This document shows, in pieces, positions 29,080 to 35,124 of a stretch of DNA of 35,124 nt (positions within the stretch are counted from its first letter, which is position 1; every line of letters starts with the position of its first letter). The notes under the pieces were generated by a model that was not told the origin of the DNA, did no database searches, and saw only the letters and a list, made by a program, of their open reading frames with translations. A program made the translations under genes and the position numbers. The stretch is from the sequence record SRR31147125_1435. One strand, 5' to 3'.

Positions 29080-31494
29080 ATGTTTTCAACCCGGATGTGG
29101 TCATCGCATGTTTTGATTTTTGCACTGCTTTACGTGATATTAACCGGTTTTTCTTATAGCAAAGAGCTCCCGGCTGATAAAATTGAGAATATGCTGCCTA
29201 CGGTCGTTATTCCTCAGGGAGCAGAAAAAGCATATCATATTGCCGGAGAGACTTTTTGCGAATACTGGCAAAAAATCATAGGTCAAAAACCTGATCTGTT
29301 CGTTTATGACGGAACTCAACCCCAAGGTGACCTGGTGGTTATCGGTTCGGATGCAGTAAATCCACTTGCGCATGACGTGATTAAACAGGGTATTATCGAT
29401 GGATTTCATATCCGCTATGGCACGGATGACTATCATGTAACCTGCGTTGAACAAAACAAGCAGCGCTTGCTTTTGATTGCTGGCGGGCATGGCAGGGCTG
29501 TTTTGTATGCAGTATATGACTTTTTTAGACGTTGTGGCGGAGTTGAATATTTTTGGGATGGTGATGTTTTCCACAAACAGGGTCCAATTGATTTTGAGCA
29601 CGTCAATTTTCATGATTCACCACGATTTGAGTACCGTGGTTTGCGCTACTTTGCTCATCGTGGGTTGCATCGGTTTCGGGCAGAACAATGGAACCTGGAG
29701 GATTGGCAACGTGAGATAGATTGGATACTAAAAAAACGCTTTAATATATTTATGCTCAGAACCGGGATTGATGATTTGTTTCAACGAACTTTTCCAGATG
29801 AAGTACCCTACCCGCCGGAGGATGGACTGGACCCTGATGAAGTAGCCAGGAGCCATAGAGAGCGAACCTCTCCCTGGCCTTTAAAGTTTCGCGGGGATCT
29901 GCGGGAAAAAGTCCTGGAATATGCTTTTGACCGTGGTCTATTACATCCGGCAGACTGTGGAACCATAACACACTGGTATTCACACACACCTTCTTCTTTT
30001 TATGATAGTTTTCCTGATTTTCCAATATTGCAGCAATCCGGTAAACGAGACAAAACATACCCCAAAGTTTGGGATATTCAATACCAACGGACCTGGGATA
30101 CTTATTGGAAGTTGACGGAAACCAGTATAAAGGAATACGGCCGGGAGCAGGCCCGAATGTTTCATACTATTGGTTTAGCAGAACGCATGTTTGGAAATGA
30201 CCGTCGTGCTAATTTTCAATTAAAGCTTTACGGACTTCGAAAGACCGAACAAATGGTTCGAAAACACTATCCCGATGCACCCCTATTGATTGGCGGTTGG
30301 GATTTCTTGTGGTGGATAGACGAGGAAGTACAGTCCTACCTGAAGGAGCTGGATCCAGAGAAGACTATTGTCCTTGATTATACGGATGATGACTATCGCC
30401 GAAAAACATACAAGAACTGGACTTATGGAAGGTTCCCGTGGATGTTTGGACTGCTTCATGCTTTTGCCGGAAATACAGAAATACGTGGTGATTATGGCTT
30501 ATTGAATGAGCGGATTAGAGAAGCTGACAATGACAGCTATTGTAAAGGGCTCATTTACTGGCCGGAGATTTCACATAATGATACATTTATCCTCGAATAT
30601 ATAGCTACTAACAGTTGGTCCCCGCAGGCTTTAGAACTGGAATTTGCAACCAAAAAGTTTTGCCAGGCTCGTTATCCTGATGCTATATCTGATTCCATGT
30701 TTAAAATATGGAATGATTTTTTGAAAATATCTCAAACGAGTGCATGGGGCAAGAAATATGAAACTCGAACTCCTGGATTTAGACCACTGGATTATACAAT
30801 ATTGACAGATCTAACTGATGACAAAATCAAAAGTTTTGAGAATAAAGTAACAACATATCGCAATGTTTTAAACCACGGCCCAATTGTATTAAAAAAGCTG
30901 GCACTGATGTCCAGGAAAAATTATTCCAACAAATTTTGGAATAGGGATGCGATTGATATCACCAGAACCATCATAGACAGGGCGATTGCCACAAACAGTA
31001 TGGCGATGGCTGTGGAAATGGAAGCGTGGAGAAAGGGAACAGGTCACAGTGAACGTATACATACTTTCCAGAAAAATAGTGTAAATCTGATGAAAGTCCT
31101 GGCCCTCATTTTAGGTGAAAGCGATGACTATTCTCTTTATCATAGTGTGGGAAAGTTAAAACAAACTCACGCGGTTAATCCATATGCAGAGCAAATATTA
31201 AAGGCGAATTCGGAAAATCCCTATTGTCGGCACCATGTTTATGAAATGGTTGCACATCTGTATCCCAAAGAGTTGGAAGCTTATTTTTTATGGGTCAATA
31301 ATCGCATTGAACAGAAAAACAAGAGCGAATGGAAAAGGCCGGAAGAATTTGATGACATTCGGTTAAAAATTGAAGATGAGTATTATCAGTCTCCATTAAA
31401 AAAAATGGCGCCAAGCCAAAAACGTTCAGCGGATACTTTATCTTCCACGCTTATGGATGCAGCTCGGTTACTTGAAAAAGTTAATTCGATTTAA
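29080..31494 (+). CDS. Divergent GH89-like hydrolase, paralogue B
   Basis: GGAG RBS before ATG 29080; signal peptide. Collinear with 18964-21393, sharing identical blocks such as PRFEYRGLRYFAHRGLHRFRAEQWNLEDW and QARMFHTIGLAERMFG. Confidence 0.65.
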   Translation: MFSTRMWSSHVLIFALLYVILTGFSYSKELPADKIENMLPTVVIPQGAEKAYHIAGETFCEYWQKIIGQKPDLFVYDGTQPQGDLVVIGSDAVNPLAHDVIKQGIIDGFHIRYGTDDYHVTCVEQNKQRLLLIAGGHGRAVLYAVYDFFRRCGGVEYFWDGDVFHKQGPIDFEHVNFHDSPRFEYRGLRYFAHRGLHRFRAEQWNLEDWQREIDWILKKRFNIFMLRTGIDDLFQRTFPDEVPYPPEDGLDPDEVARSHRERTSPWPLKFRGDLREKVLEYAFDRGLLHPADCGTITHWYSHTPSSFYDSFPDFPILQQSGKRDKTYPKVWDIQYQRTWDTYWKLTETSIKEYGREQARMFHTIGLAERMFGNDRRANFQLKLYGLRKTEQMVRKHYPDAPLLIGGWDFLWWIDEEVQSYLKELDPEKTIVLDYTDDDYRRKTYKNWTYGRFPWMFGLLHAFAGNTEIRGDYGLLNERIREADNDSYCKGLIYWPEISHNDTFILEYIATNSWSPQALELEFATKKFCQARYPDAISDSMFKIWNDFLKISQTSAWGKKYETRTPGFRPLDYTILTDLTDDKIKSFENKVTTYRNVLNHGPIVLKKLALMSRKNYSNKFWNRDAIDITRTIIDRAIATNSMAMAVEMEAWRKGTGHSERIHTFQKNSVNLMKVLALILGESDDYSLYHSVGKLKQTHAVNPYAEQILKANSENPYCRHHVYEMVAHLYPKELEAYFLWVNNRIEQKNKSEWKRPEEFDDIRLKIEDEYYQSPLKKMAPSQKRSADTLSSTLMDAARLLEKVNSI

Positions 31495-31531
31495 AAAGTA
31501 TACACTATTTTAGTAGAAATGTAGGAAACTA

Positions 31532-32845
31532 TTGAAACATATCTTAAAAATTTTAGCAATTCTATTCTTCATGTATGGAAATCATTCTGCACTTTGGGCC
31601 CAGCATGCAGAAAGAACTCAACAGGTAGCCAATATGGAAGGCCTGGTGGCATTTTGGGATTTCTCAAAAATGAATCCTGATAGTTCCTGGGCTTCCTATT
31701 ATGATAGCAGAGTTGTAAACAAGTCTTTTCCTGTTTATCTCAAAAGAATAGGTGATAGCAAAAATTATACTTTACCCGAATGGCCCTATTCTGATAATAA
31801 CTCTAAATTAGTAATTGATACAACAGGTCCTTTTGGCCATGCTGTTGGATTCAATAGAGGATATATTTTTGGTCTGGTTCCCCGTACTCAATTTGAAAAT
31901 ACGGCCTTGAACATCAAAGATAAAAAAGCCTGTACAATGATCGCCTGGGTAAAATTCTATGGTCAGCGGCATATGGTAACCGGCATTTGGGATGAAGGTG
32001 GATGGCATAAATACTCTGGTCGCAGACAAATAGCATTATTCGCCGGGCTTTTTAATCAAATGGGCATAACTGCACATATCTCGGCAACAGGCGCAGCGAG
32101 CTATCCGCAGTCTGAGATCTCGGGAGCACAGTATGCCAGGGAAAGAGCGATCGATGGTCAAGACTTTAAAAACAATAAATGGGTTATGATGATTATGACA
32201 TATAATCCGGATCGTAGTCAAGTCGTCGCAATGCTTAACGCTGAAATGACTCCAAAGTATCTTACAGATGAGATAGTTCAGGATGTTTATCAATGTGGGA
32301 CAGAACGTTCAGCAAATCCGTATCTTTTCAGCCATTCCATATACTCGCCAAGGAATTTCGTGCTGAAATATAATGGCTACAACTTTGAGAAAAATCACGT
32401 TTATGAACATCGTTTGCATGTTGATCTAAATAATAAAAAATTGGTTTACTACCGTAAGGGAAACGAGGCTGAGCTTGCAAATGCAAAGTTTCGGATTACT
32501 TGTGATGTCACACGGGATGGAAAAAGTATTTTAAAAAAGTCAATGGTCTTTAACGTTGTGAATGGACAAATCTTAGAGATGCCTGATAATGTAAGCATTG
32601 AAATTAATGATATTTTTTCGACGAAACTGGAGGAAATACAAAATAGCAAATGGCAACAAACTGGAACAGTCCTTAAACGTCAGATTTCTGAGGGTGCTCC
32701 GTTTACATTTGGCCGGGCCCTGGGCCTGGGCACTGGTGAGTTATCTCATGGTTCACAAATATATTTGGATGGCGTCGCTGTTTTCAATCGCATATTGAGC
32801 CATAAAGAATTAAAAGCCATAAATTTTACTGATTCAATAAAGTGA
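31532..32845 (+). CDS. Secreted LamG/concanavalin-A-like jelly-roll protein
   Basis: TTG start, AGGA RBS, signal peptide ending LWA-Q. LamG-like motifs GLVAFWDF, TMIAWVK, WVMMIMTY, FTFGR and LDGVAVFNRILS. Confidence 0.65.
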   Translation: MKHILKILAILFFMYGNHSALWAQHAERTQQVANMEGLVAFWDFSKMNPDSSWASYYDSRVVNKSFPVYLKRIGDSKNYTLPEWPYSDNNSKLVIDTTGPFGHAVGFNRGYIFGLVPRTQFENTALNIKDKKACTMIAWVKFYGQRHMVTGIWDEGGWHKYSGRRQIALFAGLFNQMGITAHISATGAASYPQSEISGAQYARERAIDGQDFKNNKWVMMIMTYNPDRSQVVAMLNAEMTPKYLTDEIVQDVYQCGTERSANPYLFSHSIYSPRNFVLKYNGYNFEKNHVYEHRLHVDLNNKKLVYYRKGNEAELANAKFRITCDVTRDGKSILKKSMVFNVVNGQILEMPDNVSIEINDIFSTKLEEIQNSKWQQTGTVLKRQISEGAPFTFGRALGLGTGELSHGSQIYLDGVAVFNRILSHKELKAINFTDSIK

Positions 32846-32943
32846 CCAGCGCAAGAAATAAAACAGAATTATGGAGATGGTCAAGACGAAATGATAACAA
32901 TAAACCGCCGGATCTATCTTGTATATTTTTAGGAGAGCGAAAA

Positions 32944-33975
32944 ATGGATAGGACATTGTTTGACAGGAGAAGTGTATTAAAAGGCTTGGCGGCAACGAGT
33001 CTGGTCAGTTGTTTACAGCCGGGTTCACTTTTAGCAAAACAGGAAAAGAAGGAAAAGATTTGGGCTTGCTTGCTTCATTTAAGCTTTAACATGTGGGAAA
33101 GTTATATTTCTCCTCATAGGCCTTTTAGAGGTTATCGCCCGGATTTGGAATTGAGCGAGGCTCTGTGGAATGATTCATTAAACAAAATGGCTCAAGCCGG
33201 CATGAACATGGTTCTCATTGATGTTGGCGATGCTGTTAAATACGAGAGTCATCCGGAAATCGCCGTTAACAATGCCTGGTCGACAAAACGATTGCAGGAC
33301 GAATTGGATAAAATTCGCAAGATGGGACTGGAATCCATTCCAAAATTAAATTTTTCAGCAACACATGATACCTGGTTAGGACCCTATGCGCGAATGGTTT
33401 CCACTAAAAAATATTATGATGTCTGTAGTGATATTATTGCAGAGGTCGTTGACCTGTTTGATAATCCCCGCTTTTTTCATTTGGGAATGGATGAAGAGAC
33501 TGCCAGTCATCAACGACATCACAAATATGTTGTTCTCCGACAAAAAGATTTGTGGTGGGGTGATTTTTATTTTCTGTTGGGAGAAGTAGAAAAAAATGGT
33601 TCCAGAGCCTGGATCTGGTCTGATTATATGTGGGATCATAAGGATGAATTTCTTAAAAAGATGCCCAAATCTGTCGTGCAAAGTAACTGGTATTACCGCG
33701 AGAGTTTTGAAAAGAGTCAAAAATATGTGAAGGCTTATCTGGATTTGGAAGCCCATGGCTATGATCAGATTCCCACCGGAAGCTTTCATACTGATAATGA
33801 AAAAAGTATTCTTAATACCATAAAATTCTGTAACGAAAATATTGCTCCTGAAAGATTAATGGGATTTTTACAAACGTTATGGAAGCCTACGATCGAGGAA
33901 CACCGTGATCGTTATTTAAAAGGGATAGATTTAACAGGTGAAGGAAAAAAATGGTTTGACAAGAACCACAAATAG
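32944..33975 (+). CDS. Tat-exported GH20-like (HxGxDE) single-domain TIM-barrel hydrolase
   Basis: AGGAG RBS before ATG 32944. Twin-arginine signal DRRSVLKG. Motifs YESHPEI, IPKLNFSATHD, FHLGMDE, WIWSD and NWYY. Confidence 0.7.
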   Translation: MDRTLFDRRSVLKGLAATSLVSCLQPGSLLAKQEKKEKIWACLLHLSFNMWESYISPHRPFRGYRPDLELSEALWNDSLNKMAQAGMNMVLIDVGDAVKYESHPEIAVNNAWSTKRLQDELDKIRKMGLESIPKLNFSATHDTWLGPYARMVSTKKYYDVCSDIIAEVVDLFDNPRFFHLGMDEETASHQRHHKYVVLRQKDLWWGDFYFLLGEVEKNGSRAWIWSDYMWDHKDEFLKKMPKSVVQSNWYYRESFEKSQKYVKAYLDLEAHGYDQIPTGSFHTDNEKSILNTIKFCNENIAPERLMGFLQTLWKPTIEEHRDRYLKGIDLTGEGKKWFDKNHK

Positions 33976-34062
33976 TGAATGGAAAATATTTTACTTTTGT
34001 ATACATTTAGAACATGTGAATATGAGAATCGATAACGGAAAATTAATTGAAAGGATACTTTA

Positions 34063-35124
34063 ATGAAAAACCAATTTGATTTATTCAGATTAAGCTCGGA
34101 AAAAGGAATCTTGATTCTGATTCTGCTATGTTTTTTAATATCTCCACTTTTTGGACAGATTTCAACCAAATATAAAAATAACTGGAAAAATCCGGATGTG
34201 GTAAAAACCATAGAGAACAATATTGAGACTTTTCGTAAAGGCGATGCATGCATAACGCTCTTATCGGAGAAAGGTAAACCCGTATCTAATGCTACGGTTA
34301 AAGTACAACAGCTCGATCATGAATTTTTATTTGGCTGTAATTTATTTTTCCTAAAAGGGTTTGAGACTGAGAAGGAAAACAAAAAATACGAATCTGCATT
34401 TGTGAACCTTTTTAATTTTGCTACGGCTCCTTTTTATTGGTCTGATCTGGAACCGGAAGAAGGTAAACTTCGATTTTCCAAAGACTCTGAACCCATTTTC
34501 AGAAGACCTCCACCAGACCTGTTGATCGAATTCGCACGGAAAAATAAAATTCAGCTAAAGGGGCATCCGCTTGTTTGGCATGCCTATTATCCGGAATGGC
34601 TTCCTCAAGATGAAGGAAAGGTGAAAAAATACATCACCAAAAGAATGTCGGAAATTAGTGCCCGCTATGCGAAGGAACTGCCCATTTGGGATGTTGTAAA
34701 TGAATCGTTGGTGTATAATTGGAGTAAAAGTTTTCCGGATGATTATGTCGCATATTCTTTCAGGGAGGCCAATCGTTGGTTCAACAAAGACAATATTTTG
34801 ATGATAAATGAAGTGACGACGGTATCCCATAATTATCGGAGTATATTGAGTCCTTATTATCTGCAAATTGAAAATTTAAAGCTTCACGATATTCGTGTTG
34901 ATGGAATCGGATTTCAGTTTCATCTTTTTTCGCAAAATGCATTTAGAGAAGTTATGTCCGGTGATGCTTATACACCACAAAACCTTTTAAATGTATATGA
35001 TTTATATCAGGATTTTAATGTACCGCTTTATATCACAGAAATTACTATACCGTCGCTTCAGGATTACGAAGAGGAACAAGCGGAATTAACACGTAATTTC
35101 TATCGCTTATGGTTCAGTATTCCC
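34063..35124 (+). CDS. Second secreted GH10-like hydrolase, truncated by the window end
   Basis: AAGGA RBS, ATG 34063, open for 354 codons to the edge, so absent from the ORF track. NNIETFRKGDA, HEFLFGCNLF, APFYWSDLEP, WDVVNE, DGIGFQFH and PLYITE match 1665-3071. Confidence 0.88.
   Translation, partial: MKNQFDLFRLSSEKGILILILLCFLISPLFGQISTKYKNNWKNPDVVKTIENNIETFRKGDACITLLSEKGKPVSNATVKVQQLDHEFLFGCNLFFLKGFETEKENKKYESAFVNLFNFATAPFYWSDLEPEEGKLRFSKDSEPIFRRPPPDLLIEFARKNKIQLKGHPLVWHAYYPEWLPQDEGKVKKYITKRMSEISARYAKELPIWDVVNESLVYNWSKSFPDDYVAYSFREANRWFNKDNILMINEVTTVSHNYRSILSPYYLQIENLKLHDIRVDGIGFQFHLFSQNAFREVMSGDAYTPQNLLNVYDLYQDFNVPLYITEITIPSLQDYEEEQAELTRNFYRLWFSIP

Noticed and set aside
509-34866. Numerous 60-200 aa ORFs on the minus strand or in alternate frames (e.g. 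10561-11133, 11761-12345, 29140-29613)
   Set aside because: Shadow ORFs overlapping well-supported genes, with no recognisable motifs. Similar shadow ORFs recur only because the host genes are paralogues.
1-35124. tRNA, rRNA, known riboswitch or defence-system genes
   Set aside because: None recognisable by eye; a covariance-model search was not possible.

Overview
Bacterial diderm DNA, probably a non-Bacteroidota member of the FCB group such as KSB1, Calditrichota or Marinisomatota. This is an inference from strong Shine-Dalgarno use, the TonB-receptor type and a PorV-family gene. The left edge holds mobile-element debris: a 27-codon serine-recombinase fragment and a ~1.07-kb IS30-family element. 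From 1665 to the window end, 20 genes on the + strand form one glycan-utilisation locus. In order: a GH10-like hydrolase; a catabolic/deacylation cassette (SMP-30 lactonase, GNAT, CocE/NonD hydrolase, RraA/HMG-aldolase-like protein, SDR); a FadR/GntR regulator; a three-gene outer-membrane module; and an array of exported glycoside hydrolases. The module is a TonB-dependent receptor, a T9SS-CTD-bearing non-lipoprotein and a PorV-family barrel, closed by a terminator. The array is a GH20, two divergent GH89-like proteins, three GH13 paralogues, a GH2, a LamG protein, a Tat GH20-like protein and a second, truncated GH10. The best candidate for a poorly described system is the SusD-less TBDR/CTD-protein/PorV triplet where Bacteroidota PULs carry SusC/SusD. 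It is linked to an ATTGTCA(G/T)ACAAT operator seen three times, and its neighbouring enzymes have non-canonical active-site motifs. Five frameshifts in the first 8.5 kb can each be repaired by lengthening a homopolymer and may be sequencing errors. All family calls are from motif recognition by eye; no searches were run.
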